64,000 nt of DNA from Rhodospirillaceae bacterium (GTDB taxonomy: Bacteria; Pseudomonadota; Gammaproteobacteria; Steroidobacterales; Rariloculaceae). How positions within the stretch are numbered: position 1 is the stretch's first letter; every line of letters starts with the position of its first letter. A program made the position numbers and the translations under genes. The DNA lies in the NCBI GenBank assembly GCA_002718345.1, contig PBDA01000017.1, forward strand, positions 17,884 to 81,883, read 5' to 3'. Below the pieces are notes generated by a model, which was given only the letters and a program-made list of their open reading frames with translations, made no database searches and had not been told where the DNA came from. Below, one piece after another: positions 1-10,035 of this stretch.

Positions 1-1233
1 TTTTTGCAAGGTTCTAACATCAGCTCCACTAGGGGCTTGAAAAATCTTTAGATCAAATTGGCCGCATTGAGCAAGAATGTGGTCGAAAATATCGGCTTGG
101 ATCCCTTCGTATGCGTTCCAATCAGTTGTATCCGTAAAGCAATATATTTCTATTGGGACGCCAGTTTCTCCAGGCTGTAATTGACGGACTAAAAGAGTCA
201 TGTCTCGGTGAATCTTTGGGTGGTTTTTCAAATAACTGTATATATATGCTCTAAATGTTCCCAGATTAGTAAGGCGCCTTAGGTTGACTTCAGCAACATT
301 TGAATCATTCAAATCAGTATTATGTTCTTGGAGTTCAGCTTTCTTTTCCGAAAGGTATTGGGTTAACAGAGAAAATTGCTCAAGGTTTTTAACCTCATTT
401 TCATTTAGAAACCGGACAGAGCTCACATCGATCTTAATTGATCGTTTAATTCTTCTTCCACCTGATTCTGACATTCCGCGCCAGTTTTTATAAGACTCAT
501 TTATCAACCGATGAGTTGGTATCGTGGTTATGGTTTTATCCCAGTTCTGCACCGTAACTGTATGCAGTGCAACATCAATGACATCTCCATCTGCGTTGTA
601 TTGAGGCATCTCAATCCAATCTCCAACCCTTACCATCGATAAACTTGTAAGTTGAATACTAGCTACAAGAGATAAGATTGTGTCCTTGAATATCAACAAA
701 ACAATGGCAGTCATAGCGCCGAGGCCTGTCAGAAGTACAACTGGTGATCTATCTATGAGAGCGGATACAATAAGGACTGAGCCCAATACATACACTATTA
801 TATTTACGACTTGGATATACCCTTTAATGGGCCTTTCTTTGGCTATCGGGTAAGTAGAGTAGATTGCATTTACAGCGGTTAGGGATGCGCCTATAGCAAG
901 AGTAACCATCAAGGCAAGATAAGCAAGGGCTATATTTCGAATGAGCAAAGAAAGCAATTCGCTTAGGCCTGGTACCAAAGGAACGCCGAAAAATATGATT
1001 AGTGCAGGGACAGTTTGGACAAGCCTGCCCAATACTTTGTGCTGCAGTAAAATATCATCCCATTGGAGAGTTGTTCTCTCTGCTACTGCAGCTACAAATT
1101 TAATCAGTTGCTTTTTTACAATTAAATCAGCAAGTAATGCCAGAATAAAAAGAGTGAAAATCCCACCAAAGGAATGTGCAAGTGCTGGTAGTTTGAACCA
1201 CCATTGAGACAAGTTTTGGGGTAAAGTTTCCAC
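1..1233 (-). CDS. ybdG: MscS-family mechanosensitive channel (YbdG/MscM-like); C-terminal end runs off the window
   Basis: Hand translation of the minus-strand frame gives ...GDWIEMPQYNADGDVIDVALHTVTVQNWDKTITTIPTHRLINESYKNWRGMSESGGRRIKRSI...NLRRLTNLGTFRAYIYSYLKNHPKIHRDMTLLVRQL..., collinear with E. coli YbdG as I recall it. GTG at 1233 is preceded by an in-frame TAA. The ORF is absent from the track because it is open at nt 1. Confidence 0.8.
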   Translation of the reverse strand, partial: METLPQNLSQWWFKLPALAHSFGGIFTLFILALLADLIVKKQLIKFVAAVAERTTLQWDDILLQHKVLGRLVQTVPALIIFFGVPLVPGLSELLSLLIRNIALAYLALMVTLAIGASLTAVNAIYSTYPIAKERPIKGYIQVVNIIVYVLGSVLIVSALIDRSPVVLLTGLGAMTAIVLLIFKDTILSLVASIQLTSLSMVRVGDWIEMPQYNADGDVIDVALHTVTVQNWDKTITTIPTHRLINESYKNWRGMSESGGRRIKRSIKIDVSSVRFLNENEVKNLEQFSLLTQYLSEKKAELQEHNTDLNDSNVAEVNLRRLTNLGTFRAYIYSYLKNHPKIHRDMTLLVRQLQPGETGVPIEIYCFTDTTDWNAYEGIQADIFDHILAQCGQFDLKIFQAPSGADVRTLQK

Positions 1234-1302
1234 TTAATGTTTTCTGTTTGCTAACGGTAGAGGAGGCACACGGTAAGTTTTATCTTATATGTATGCCGTG
1301 AT

Positions 1303-2364
1303 CTAAGGTCTGACACGCATGTATTTGCGCCCTTGACGGGGGCGAGGCTCTCCTGTGTATATATCACCATTGCGATCAACTGCTACAAACTCCGCACCAT
1401 TACCTATTGGAAGACGTGGATCTGCCCAAGGGAACATGACAAACTCGCTTACCCAGCCATGTTCAGCATCGCCTATTCGTATTCCCATCTCCCAACCAGG
1501 ATTTTGAAGATTATCTGACTCAGAATCGGCCACATAGATTTTGTCATTGTCATCAAAATAGATGCCACTAGGACGTCCAAACTGAGTCCAAGTTGCTATA
1601 TAGTTTCCTTCCTGATCAAAGAGCTGGATTCGGTTGTTGTATCTATCAGCAATAAAAAGCCTTCCTCTGGAATCCATCGCAATCGCATGTAGTTCATGAA
1701 ATTCCCCTGGCCCGTAACCAGTTTGTCCCCATGAGGTTATGAACGTGCCATCAGCTGTATATTTCATAACTCTATTATTGCCATCTGGAACATGACCATC
1801 TGTGATAAAAATATCACCGTTGTCAGCCGTAATCACATCACTTGGTGAGTTGAAGCTGTAATCGCCATTTCCTAGGATACCCGGCGTTCCAAGCGTCATT
1901 AGTAGCTCACCAGTTGGGCTAAACTTGTACACCGCATGGCCTCTCATGTCCCCCTCTGGTCTTCGGTTTTCTCTGACAGCATCTGTTGCCCAAATATTGC
2001 CATCATTATCAACGTGAATGCCATGAGGCCAAATAAACATTTCACTGCCAAAACTATCTACTAGATTTCCATCAAGATCGAACTTCATTATGGGGTCTAG
2101 GTCTGAGTCTAGGCATTCCCATCCAAATCTTTCAACCGGCGCATCACATCGGACAATAGCCCAGACATGATTGCCATCAAGGTCCATTGTTATATCACCA
2201 AAAGCTCCCATTTCTCTGCCTTCAGGCATTTGAGCCCAGCTATCGACCATTCGATATGGATTGGGTAGGGATTGACTATTAGCAGGAAGCACAATTAAAA
2301 CCCCGATGAACAATAAAGGTAATAAGGACAATCTATAGAGAGTTGTGTTTTTTATTGTGGTCAT
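1303..2364 (-). CDS. Secreted NHL-repeat six-bladed beta-propeller, peptidyl-alpha-hydroxyglycine alpha-amidating lyase (PAL)-like
   Basis: Repeated NHL-type blades are present (HGIHVDNDGNIWATD, DIFITDGHVPDGNNRVMKY, RGRLFIADRYNNRIQLFD, KIYVADSE). There is an N-terminal signal peptide. I prefer ATG at 2364 because it has a GGAGA Shine-Dalgarno, over the TTG at 2376 in the track. Confidence 0.7.
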   Translation of the reverse strand: MTTIKNTTLYRLSLLPLLFIGVLIVLPANSQSLPNPYRMVDSWAQMPEGREMGAFGDITMDLDGNHVWAIVRCDAPVERFGWECLDSDLDPIMKFDLDGNLVDSFGSEMFIWPHGIHVDNDGNIWATDAVRENRRPEGDMRGHAVYKFSPTGELLMTLGTPGILGNGDYSFNSPSDVITADNGDIFITDGHVPDGNNRVMKYTADGTFITSWGQTGYGPGEFHELHAIAMDSRGRLFIADRYNNRIQLFDQEGNYIATWTQFGRPSGIYFDDNDKIYVADSESDNLQNPGWEMGIRIGDAEHGWVSEFVMFPWADPRLPIGNGAEFVAVDRNGDIYTGEPRPRQGRKYMRVRP

Positions 2365-2403
2365 TGTTATCTCCAAAAACTATTTAATTTGCAGTCTGTT
2401 TTT

Positions 2404-3528
2404 TTAGGGTTCGCGTCCTGAGCTTGACTCAAGACAATCCCAGGGTCTAATGATTTCACCTGAAACCCATTCCCAGTTCATTCGCATGCTTATTGGTTGT
2501 TCCAAATATACAGGATCTGTCAGTGTTGCTTCCCAGAGTAGAGTATTACCATCAGAGCCTAGTGTAAAACGTTCATCAATTCGCATATTTTCACTTTTTG
2601 CAGTCCCGTTATCATCAAGGTAAGGATAACTGCTCTTGGTTGTTATAACGATCAGTGTGTTGTTTTCCCATTTACCAACTGAGTGTCCCATAATTGAGTT
2701 GGATATAGTTAATTCGTTATTAGCAGGTTGCATGTCAATAATACGTAACCCATCACTCTGTTCAATTCGCATATGAATTTGCTGTCCTTCGTCTATAAAC
2801 TCTACAGGTAGCGTTGTATCCATTATCACAGGCATCCCAACGGGATCACAATTCCACATCGGATGATCAGCCAATTCATCAAAACTCTCCTGTTTTGCAA
2901 GTGCAGCAGGTGTTAAAGGGAGTTCACCGGGACCTTCTCGGTCCGCCAAACTCCAGACACGGAACAAACCCATATCTTGTCCATTTTCATTTGTGGGATT
3001 ATTTGGTTCTGCTGCTGCGTTAATACCTATAACAGCCTCATCCGGAAAGACAGGATCAGATCCTGGTCTGAGTACTGCTTGAGTTCCATCTCCAAGTGAA
3101 ATGCTTTCGCCAAGTAACGTGCCTGGTCTTCGGTTAGAGGGTCGGACAGCAGCACGTACGGTTTGTCCTATTTGAAAAAGATCACCCACAACTCCTTTAC
3201 GGACTAATTGATTTACTGCAGACCAAGATTCGACCTCCCATAGTTCACTTTCACCGGCATCATTGCTTACATTCAGAGTAAGAACCGGGTGCGGATTACG
3301 CCAGGCAATTTCAACAATTTGGCCCTCTATTTCTTCAATCTCATTTGAGAATTCTGCTCGAGAATGATGAGTGGACCCAACAGCAGGTAGAGTTAATAGT
3401 GTATATAAAAGGTATTTTATAGTTCTACCAAACTTATTAGTTTTAAATAGATTTCCAGTTGGCGAAATAACGCTGTTTATGCAAATACCTAAAGTTTTTA
3501 CAATATTTGATTTAATTGAGCATTCCAT
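2404..3528 (-). CDS. Secreted fusion protein: N-terminal HHS/NPH module (DUF6152-like) plus C-terminal family X domain
   Basis: The predicted signal peptide is followed by HHSRAEFS...WRNPH...WEVESW. The C-terminal half carries NCDPVGMPV, GKWENNTLIV, IDERFTL..LLWEATLTDPVYLEQP and a terminal Cys, all shared with ORFs at 21.5-28.6 kb. Confidence 0.6.
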   Translation of the reverse strand: MECSIKSNIVKTLGICINSVISPTGNLFKTNKFGRTIKYLLYTLLTLPAVGSTHHSRAEFSNEIEEIEGQIVEIAWRNPHPVLTLNVSNDAGESELWEVESWSAVNQLVRKGVVGDLFQIGQTVRAAVRPSNRRPGTLLGESISLGDGTQAVLRPGSDPVFPDEAVIGINAAAEPNNPTNENGQDMGLFRVWSLADREGPGELPLTPAALAKQESFDELADHPMWNCDPVGMPVIMDTTLPVEFIDEGQQIHMRIEQSDGLRIIDMQPANNELTISNSIMGHSVGKWENNTLIVITTKSSYPYLDDNGTAKSENMRIDERFTLGSDGNTLLWEATLTDPVYLEQPISMRMNWEWVSGEIIRPWDCLESSSGREP

Positions 3529-3854
3529 AATTTTTTTCTGTGCGGCTAATTTCGTGGTGATACAAACAGGTTTTAAGTTAATAGATCTCTTTAATTATAA
3601 AAATCGATTCTTAAACTAATGAACTTACTCTACCAGATAAGACTTTGCACTTTCTTTTTTAAACAAAAGAAAGCCTAGACTAGGGCGCATTAAGAAATAA
3701 CGTATAGGACTAGGGTAGCACCACTATTTTTACAGAAATCTACTAATTGCGATTAAACATTGTTCAACTCTCTTGACACTTTCGTCTGCAAAAGCGACAG
3801 TAACGAGCTATTTCCATGATGTGTATGGAGAAAATAATAATCAAGGGGAGAAAA

Positions 3855-4997
3855 ATGAGACGCACCCTATTTCTAATCGTGCTTTCGGCTTGTTTAAGCC
3901 CGATTTCGTTATCAGCACAAAATGCCATGAGCAGTGTTGAGCCTTTCAAGCTGGGGACATTTGAAATTCACGGCGAAGGTGATAAGACAATTGGCATTGT
4001 TTTACGGGATCAGCTTATTGTAGAGCTTGATGCTGCTAATATGGCTCTTGAAAAAAGCCCCGATTACCCAGCTATTCCTATGCCTGGAAATATGCGGGAA
4101 TTAATCAGTCGTTATGAATATGGCTTGAAGTACCGGCTTTATGAGCTTGTTAACTATGTTGTAAATAATGATCGCTTGAGTGCGCGTAATCGTGCTGATT
4201 TTGTGCATGATGTAGGCGATATTCGGACGTTGGCACCACTTATGCCAGGTAAGATGTTAAATGCGGCTGTTAATTTTTACAGTCATGTTCAAGAATCCGG
4301 TACTACATTTGAAGAGCAGGCAGCTGCAGCTGCAGAACGGCGTGCAAATCGAGGCATCCCTTATCTATTTATCAAGCCAACTGAGGGAGCTGTGATAGGG
4401 CAGGGCGATGCAGTTGTTTTGCCTTATGGTCGAGATCGTATTGACTGGGAAGTTGAATTGGCAGTGGTCATAGGGCGAACAGCCAAGTATGTGTCTGCGG
4501 ATGATGCAGAAGACTATATCTTTGGTTACATGGTGAGTTTAGATATTTCAGATCGTGGAGGGCGCCCACCTAATTCAAGGCCTGGCTCAGATTGGTTGGT
4601 TGGTAAGGGCCATGACACATTTGCACCACTTGGTCCATGGATTGTGCCTAAAGAGTTTTATGGCGACCCTATGGAGAACCTTGAGCAGGTGCTTGAACTA
4701 GATGGCGAAGTGATGCAACGAGCAGGACCTGGGGACATGATTCATTCAATTTACGAGTTAATTGAGTATGGAACTTCGATTATCACAATGTATCCTGGCG
4801 ATGTTTTAAATAACGGCACCTCAGGCGGCACCGGAAATGGTACTGCTTATCGTGAACGACGTTTCTTACAACCAGGAGAAACAATAGAAGCATCCATCGA
4901 GGGGATTGGAACTTTAGTTTTGCCTGTCGCGGCTGAAGAAATTCCACCTGAGAGAACAGGATCATTCTTGCCGCCAGTTGCAAGTTACGCTCCCTAA
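3855..4997 (+). CDS. Fumarylacetoacetate hydrolase (FAH) family protein with an N-terminal signal peptide and about 150-aa N-terminal extension
   Basis: The C-terminal half matches the FAH fold pattern (IDWEVELAVVIGRTAKYVS..DYIFGYMVSLDISDRG, GDVLNNGTSGG). ATG at 3855 has an AAGGGGAG Shine-Dalgarno and gives MRRTLFLIVLSACLSPISLSAQ. Confidence 0.7.
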   Translation: MRRTLFLIVLSACLSPISLSAQNAMSSVEPFKLGTFEIHGEGDKTIGIVLRDQLIVELDAANMALEKSPDYPAIPMPGNMRELISRYEYGLKYRLYELVNYVVNNDRLSARNRADFVHDVGDIRTLAPLMPGKMLNAAVNFYSHVQESGTTFEEQAAAAAERRANRGIPYLFIKPTEGAVIGQGDAVVLPYGRDRIDWEVELAVVIGRTAKYVSADDAEDYIFGYMVSLDISDRGGRPPNSRPGSDWLVGKGHDTFAPLGPWIVPKEFYGDPMENLEQVLELDGEVMQRAGPGDMIHSIYELIEYGTSIITMYPGDVLNNGTSGGTGNGTAYRERRFLQPGETIEASIEGIGTLVLPVAAEEIPPERTGSFLPPVASYAP

Positions 4998-5030
4998 AAA
5001 GATTAATTATTTAGACTAGTAGTAGTTAAT

Positions 5031-5060
5031 GGGCCCCTTAATTTAGGGGCCCATTTTTTA
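5031..5060 (+). terminator. Rho-independent terminator after the FAH-family gene
   Basis: Perfect 8-bp GC stem gggcccct/aggggccc with a 6-nt loop, followed by attttttat. Confidence 0.7.
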
Positions 5061-5133
5061 TAAACAAGTTAACGTAATATCTAAAGATTAACTGTCCCTA
5101 TCTTTAAAGGAAACGTGTAACCTTTGCATAATT

Positions 5134-5601
5134 ATGATCCCAGTAACTCTAACCTTAAATGGTAAAGTAGTATCGGCTGATATAGAGCCACGGACACTCC
5201 TTGTTCAGCTAATCCGAGATCATTTTCATTTGACCGGAACACATGTGGGCTGTGATACCAGCCAATGTGGCGCATGTGTGGTTCACGTAGATGGTGTTTC
5301 GGTTAAAAGTTGTACGATGTTAGCAGTTCAGGTAGATGGAGCCAAAGTACAGACTATCGAGAGTCTTGCAGATAAAGAGAGACTTCATCCTATGCAGCAA
5401 GCGTTCAAGGATCATCATGGATTACAGTGTGGTTTTTGTACCCCCGGTATAATTATGAGCGCATTGAATTTGATTGCAAAAAACCCCAATCCGAGTGAAT
5501 CAGACATACGAGATTGGTTAGAAGGAAATTTATGTCGCTGTACTGGATACCACAACATTGTTAAAGCAATCAGTGCTGGCGCAGAAGCGATGAAAAGTTA
5601 A
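5134..5601 (+). CDS. (2Fe-2S)-binding small subunit of a molybdopterin hydroxylase (CoxS/XdhC-type)
   Basis: Shows the CDTSQCGAC and CGFCTPG...CRCTGY cysteine clusters typical of CoxS-like proteins, at about 155 aa. Confidence 0.85.
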   Translation: MIPVTLTLNGKVVSADIEPRTLLVQLIRDHFHLTGTHVGCDTSQCGACVVHVDGVSVKSCTMLAVQVDGAKVQTIESLADKERLHPMQQAFKDHHGLQCGFCTPGIIMSALNLIAKNPNPSESDIRDWLEGNLCRCTGYHNIVKAISAGAEAMKS

Positions 5602-5606
5602 CTATT

Positions 5607-6401
5607 ATGTATGACTTTTCCTACAAGCGACCAACTTCCCTATCTGATGCGGCTGAAATGTCTGAACAAGCAGAAGATGGGTCATTTTTGGCAGGTGGCA
5701 TGACATTGATTCCAGCATTAAAGCTACGTCTTGCAAGCCCTTCTATTTTGATAGACCTCGGAGGCGTGCAAGATTTAACTGGCATTAGCCAGGAAAATAA
5801 TACTTTAACAGTGCGAGCAATGACGAAACATGCTGACGTAGCTGTATCATCAGAGGTTAAAAATGCTATACCTGCTTTATCTGAGGTAGCTGAATCTATT
5901 GGAGACCCTCAAGTTAGAAACAGAGGAACCATCGGTGGGTCTATCTCAAATGCTGACCCTGCAGCAGATTATCCAGCAGCACTACTTGGACTTGGAGCAA
6001 CGGTTGAAACCAACAGCCGTACCATAGGTTCTGATGATTTTTTTACTGGATTATTCGGAACTGCTTTAAATGCTAATGAATTAGTAGTTGCGGTTCATTT
6101 TCCCATTCCTAAACGAGCTGTTTATATGAAATTTCCAAACCCTGCATCTCGCTATGCCATTGTTGGTGTTATGGTTGCAGAGTGTAGTGATGAAATTAGA
6201 GTGGCTGTTACTGGCGCAGGACCGAGTGTTTTTCGTGTTTTTGAAATGGAAGAAGCACTACAGAAAAACTTTTCCCCTAACTCCATTCAAGACATGATAG
6301 TTTCAGCTGATGGTTTAAATGAAGACATGCATGCTTCTGCAGATTATCGTGCTCATCTGATTACAGTAATGGCCAAACGTGCTGTAGCTAAACTTATCTA
6401 G
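5607..6401 (+). CDS. FAD-binding medium subunit of a molybdopterin hydroxylase (CoxM-like)
   Basis: Contains LAGGMTLIP, RNRGTIGGS and the C-terminal ASADYRAHL motifs. It begins 5 nt after the small-subunit gene. Confidence 0.8.
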   Translation: MYDFSYKRPTSLSDAAEMSEQAEDGSFLAGGMTLIPALKLRLASPSILIDLGGVQDLTGISQENNTLTVRAMTKHADVAVSSEVKNAIPALSEVAESIGDPQVRNRGTIGGSISNADPAADYPAALLGLGATVETNSRTIGSDDFFTGLFGTALNANELVVAVHFPIPKRAVYMKFPNPASRYAIVGVMVAECSDEIRVAVTGAGPSVFRVFEMEEALQKNFSPNSIQDMIVSADGLNEDMHASADYRAHLITVMAKRAVAKLI

Positions 6402-7734
6402 AGTTTTTCTTTTTTTTAGACCACCAAGCTAGTCGCTCAGCTATCATTTTTTCAAAGCCTCTATTAGTCGGTTTATACCAGTTTGCGCCTTGAAGTGCTT
6501 CTGGGAGAAATTTTTGGCCAGTAGCATGACCGCCTTCAGCATGGTCATAACGATAGTCTGCACCATAACCTATGTCTTTCATTAAGGCAGTAGGCGCATT
6601 TCTGAGATGCTTTGGCACTTGTTCTGCAGGGTATTTTTGTGCTGCCTTTTGAGCTTTGTTCCAAGCTTCATATATCCGATTAGATTTTGGCGCTGTAGCT
6701 AAATATATTACTGCTTCAGCTAATGATAATTCGCCCTCAGGAGTACCAAGAAAATGATAGGCATCCTTTGCTTGTAATGTTATTTGAAGGGCTCTTGGGT
6801 CAGCAAGGCCAATGTCCTCCGATGCTATTCTGACTAGTCGACGAGCAAGATACATACGATCTTCTCCTCCTTCTATCATTCGGGCCAACCAGTATAGTGC
6901 GCCTTCAACATCGCTACCTCGCACTGATTTATGCAGCGCCGAGATTAAGTTGTAGTGTTCCTCTCCAGACTTATCGTATCTGGGAATCCTTCTGTCAAGA
7001 ACAGATTCTATGAGTTCCGCTGTTATGTTCGATGGACTATCTTTAGTTGTAATTGCATGGTTCCAGATAGCTTCAATTGCGTTGAGTGCACGACGAGCAT
7101 CACCATCTGCATAGTGAGCAAGAAGTAAAATGGCTTCTTCCGATACGGTGACTAATGACTTTTCTTTGAGTAAATCATCAGAAAGGCATGAGATTGCATT
7201 TCTGACAATCGATATGATGTCTTCCAATTGTAGTGGTTCAAGTACATACACTCGAAGTCTTGACAGTAATGCAGAATTAAGTTCAAAGGATGGATTTTCA
7301 GTAGTTGCACCAACTAGAGTGATTATTCCTTCCTCTACCGAAGGTAAAAATGCATCCTGCTGTGCTTTGTTAAAATGATGAATTTCATCGCAAAATAATA
7401 TTGTTTTTCGATCGTCACTGGCACGATTAGTTTGAGCTTCTTTTAAGATTTCTCTTACACGAGGAATGCCTTCCGTAACAGCACTGAAAGGTACAAATAT
7501 GCTGTCGGTGTAATGTGCAATTAAGCGTGCTAATGTTGTTTTTCCTGATCCGGGCGGCCCCCAAAAAACCATGCTTCCCACAATTCCTTTTTCTATAGCC
7601 TCGCGAAGTGGTTTGTTTTTCCCGAGAAGTTTTTCTTGACCAAGAAAATCGTCTAATTTTTGGGGTCTCATACGGTTTGCGAGGGGCGAACTTTCGCTCC
7701 CCTTCGAAGAGAACAATGACAAATTTGAAGTCAT
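6394..7734 (-). CDS. rarA: Replication-associated recombination protein A (AAA+ ATPase)
   Basis: Has Walker [10 protein letters not shown], a DEIHHFNK box and the MgsA C-terminal region ([19 protein letters not shown]). Its 3' end overlaps the convergent coxM-like gene by 8 nt. Confidence 0.9.
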   Translation of the reverse strand: MTSNLSLFSSKGSESSPLANRMRPQKLDDFLGQEKLLGKNKPLREAIEKGIVGSMVFWGPPGSGKTTLARLIAHYTDSIFVPFSAVTEGIPRVREILKEAQTNRASDDRKTILFCDEIHHFNKAQQDAFLPSVEEGIITLVGATTENPSFELNSALLSRLRVYVLEPLQLEDIISIVRNAISCLSDDLLKEKSLVTVSEEAILLLAHYADGDARRALNAIEAIWNHAITTKDSPSNITAELIESVLDRRIPRYDKSGEEHYNLISALHKSVRGSDVEGALYWLARMIEGGEDRMYLARRLVRIASEDIGLADPRALQITLQAKDAYHFLGTPEGELSLAEAVIYLATAPKSNRIYEAWNKAQKAAQKYPAEQVPKHLRNAPTALMKDIGYGADYRYDHAEGGHATGQKFLPEALQGANWYKPTNRGFEKMIAERLAWWSKKKKNSR

Positions 7735-7755
7735 CAGGAGTTTTATCTCCTCAGT

Positions 7756-8469
7756 TTAGAAGGTGTACTCCAGAGAAATTGCTGTGAAGGTGTCTGTATT
7801 TTGGGAACCGGGTAGCACATCTGAATTGCTTTTAAGTGTAAATGAAGTAACAAGCGCAAGATTTTCACGGACATTTGTACTTATAGAAGAGGAGGATTCT
7901 AAGAAAATGTTGTTCGATCCTCCCTCAACCGCAAGAAGTTGATTAAATTCTGATCTATTACTAATTATCCACCGATAGTCACCACTCCAACGCAGTATTG
8001 CCTCATCTTGACTTGTTTTATTTCTTAGTTCAGCTTGCCTTGACCCAATTCCTACCTCAACGTTCAAAACATGGTTTTCACTATCAATGAATCTTCTGCC
8101 ATATCCGATAGCTTCGCGAACTTGTTGGTCGTAACTGCTAAATCTATCTTCATCCATAGCTACAATACCGTAGACGTAGTCTGTTTCATTAATAGCATAA
8201 TCACTTTGCCATGAAATGCCGATATTATCAGCTGTAGTCGCTCCTGAAGTTGTAGATCTGATGGCTTGTGCATTGAGCGCATGTCGCCAAGTATCAAAAT
8301 TAAGCCACATATCAACGTGACCATTAAGGTTTTGTGTGTCGGAATTTCCTCCCGTTGACAAAAAACCTAGACCAGCACGACCAGAAAATCCCTCTTCGTC
8401 TTGTGCATAAGTAACAGGGACAGAGGCTACTAATAAAATAAAGCAGATAAACTTATGTATTTTATCCAC
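7756..8469 (-). CDS. DUF481-type outer-membrane beta-barrel protein (YdiY-like)
   Basis: Signal peptide, GFLSTGGNSDTQNLNG motif, alternating beta-strand pattern and a C-terminal ...SLEYTF. Confidence 0.6.
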   Translation of the reverse strand: MDKIHKFICFILLVASVPVTYAQDEEGFSGRAGLGFLSTGGNSDTQNLNGHVDMWLNFDTWRHALNAQAIRSTTSGATTADNIGISWQSDYAINETDYVYGIVAMDEDRFSSYDQQVREAIGYGRRFIDSENHVLNVEVGIGSRQAELRNKTSQDEAILRWSGDYRWIISNRSEFNQLLAVEGGSNNIFLESSSSISTNVRENLALVTSFTLKSNSDVLPGSQNTDTFTAISLEYTF

Positions 8470-8665
8470 AAAAAATCCTTCTCTTGCGGTTGAACTAAGT
8501 ATCGTGTGTCAAAGGATAGCTCATAAAGTATAAATATACGAAGGTAATTCGTTGTAGGTTTACTTCATCTATAACAGCCTATTTAGTAGTTCTCTGAATG
8601 AAATATATGCATAACTGATAAAATGAACTGAGATACCAGTAGCAAAGCATTAAAAGCGAGATCAA

Positions 8666-10030
8666 TTGAGGTTAATACGAACCATATTTTCGGAGGGCAT
8701 TACCTACGGTATGGTGATGTGTTTTCTCATTGGTTCTCTTTTAGGGGCACTTCTTTTTATTAAGTTTTATTTAATGGATGTTGTAATTTCAGTAATGCCT
8801 GAAATTCCTGAAATTACGCTCCCAGAGCTTCCGCCTACATGGAGCCAATCTGCCTATGATGCCTATATTAATGGAATAGATTATGGTTTAGATGGAGATC
8901 ATGAACTCTCTATAGAGCAACACATGGTGGCGGTGCAGGAGGATCCAGGTTTTTCTCTTGCATGGGCTGCATTATCACGAGCACATAGTGCGATGTTTTT
9001 TGCTGGGACTGACCCTACTGACGAGCGATTAATTATGGCTCGTGATGCAGTAGACCGAGCATTTCAGTTGGATGCGAATTTGCCAGAAGCTCATCTCGCA
9101 CTAGCCTATTTTTTTTATCAAGGAACCCATGATTATCAACGAGCACTTGAACAGTTAGCGATTGCTGAACCTCATTTTCCAAATAACACAAATCTCTTAA
9201 AAATACGTGCGTATATTTATCGCAGCATTGGAGAGTGGAATGCAGCGATATATGAGTTTGAACGAGCTTCGGATATTGAATCTCAGAATTTAGAACTGAT
9301 TCAAGACCAGGCTTTTACGCATTTAATGAGGCGTGATTATTTTTTAGCAGAATCATTTTTTGATCGTGTGCTAGGTCAGGATCCGAATCATGAGGTAGCA
9401 CAAATTCAAAAAGCAATGATTCAATTGCATCAGGAAGGCAATCCAGCGTCACTTGCTAGTTTAGCCCAAAGCGCTCTAGGTTCTGGAAGACCCTGGATGG
9501 GATGGCTTGCTGCATTTATACAAAGAGATTATTTGGCAGCGAGGGAGGTGTTAGATGAAACAGTTAGTAATACATTAATTTGGAATAAGGGCTATATGCC
9601 TAAAACTTTCGCCTATGGATTGACGCATCATTTAGATGGCAATTTTGAAATTGCACAACACTATTTTCAGGATGCGCGTGAGGTATTAGAGCTCGATCTT
9701 GAAACAGATCCAGATAATGCTGATTTGTTAATAGCGTTAGGCGAAGTTCTTGCTTATGAAGGGGCACATCAATCGGCCGCTCTTTTAGCAAACCGTGTTA
9801 TGGAGTTGCCAATAGTGGCTAATAATCAGTTTGTATCTCCCTATTACAGATTATCTGCAGCAAGAGTTCTGACGGCAGCTGGAGAATATGATGCAGCTAT
9901 TAATGAGCTCGAAACATACCTGTCTTTTCCAGGAAGATATTCAATAGATGGAATTTCAGCGGATCCTCGTTTTGAGGTTCTTCTAACAAATATACGATTC
10001 CAAACATTAGTTAATCGTTATAAGCGATAA
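8666..10030 (+). CDS. Membrane-anchored TPR-repeat protein
   Basis: One N-terminal TM segment is followed by helical-repeat sequence with TPR-like periodicity (AWAALSRAH.., EAHLALAYFFYQ.., LLIALGEVLAY..). The TTG start is uncertain. Confidence 0.5.
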   Translation: MRLIRTIFSEGITYGMVMCFLIGSLLGALLFIKFYLMDVVISVMPEIPEITLPELPPTWSQSAYDAYINGIDYGLDGDHELSIEQHMVAVQEDPGFSLAWAALSRAHSAMFFAGTDPTDERLIMARDAVDRAFQLDANLPEAHLALAYFFYQGTHDYQRALEQLAIAEPHFPNNTNLLKIRAYIYRSIGEWNAAIYEFERASDIESQNLELIQDQAFTHLMRRDYFLAESFFDRVLGQDPNHEVAQIQKAMIQLHQEGNPASLASLAQSALGSGRPWMGWLAAFIQRDYLAAREVLDETVSNTLIWNKGYMPKTFAYGLTHHLDGNFEIAQHYFQDAREVLELDLETDPDNADLLIALGEVLAYEGAHQSAALLANRVMELPIVANNQFVSPYYRLSAARVLTAAGEYDAAINELETYLSFPGRYSIDGISADPRFEVLLTNIRFQTLVNRYKR

Positions 10031-10035
10031 AAGTT

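Noticed and set aside
284-1207. Plus-strand ORFs 284-493 and 941-1207.
   Set aside because: They are antisense to the ybdG-like gene, whose translation matches a known family end to end.
3773-3801. Sigma70-like promoter upstream of the FAH-family gene (TTGACA at 3773-3778).
   Set aside because: The hexamer 17 nt downstream is GACAGT, a poor -10. The nearby direct repeat GACTAGGG (3678-3685, 3708-3715) is short. There is not enough support to annotate either.
6394-6401. 8-nt convergent overlap of the coxM-like and rarA 3' ends, and an A8 run in the rarA tail.
   Set aside because: Both ORFs are intact and end at normal stops. Convergent overlaps of this size are common in compact genomes.
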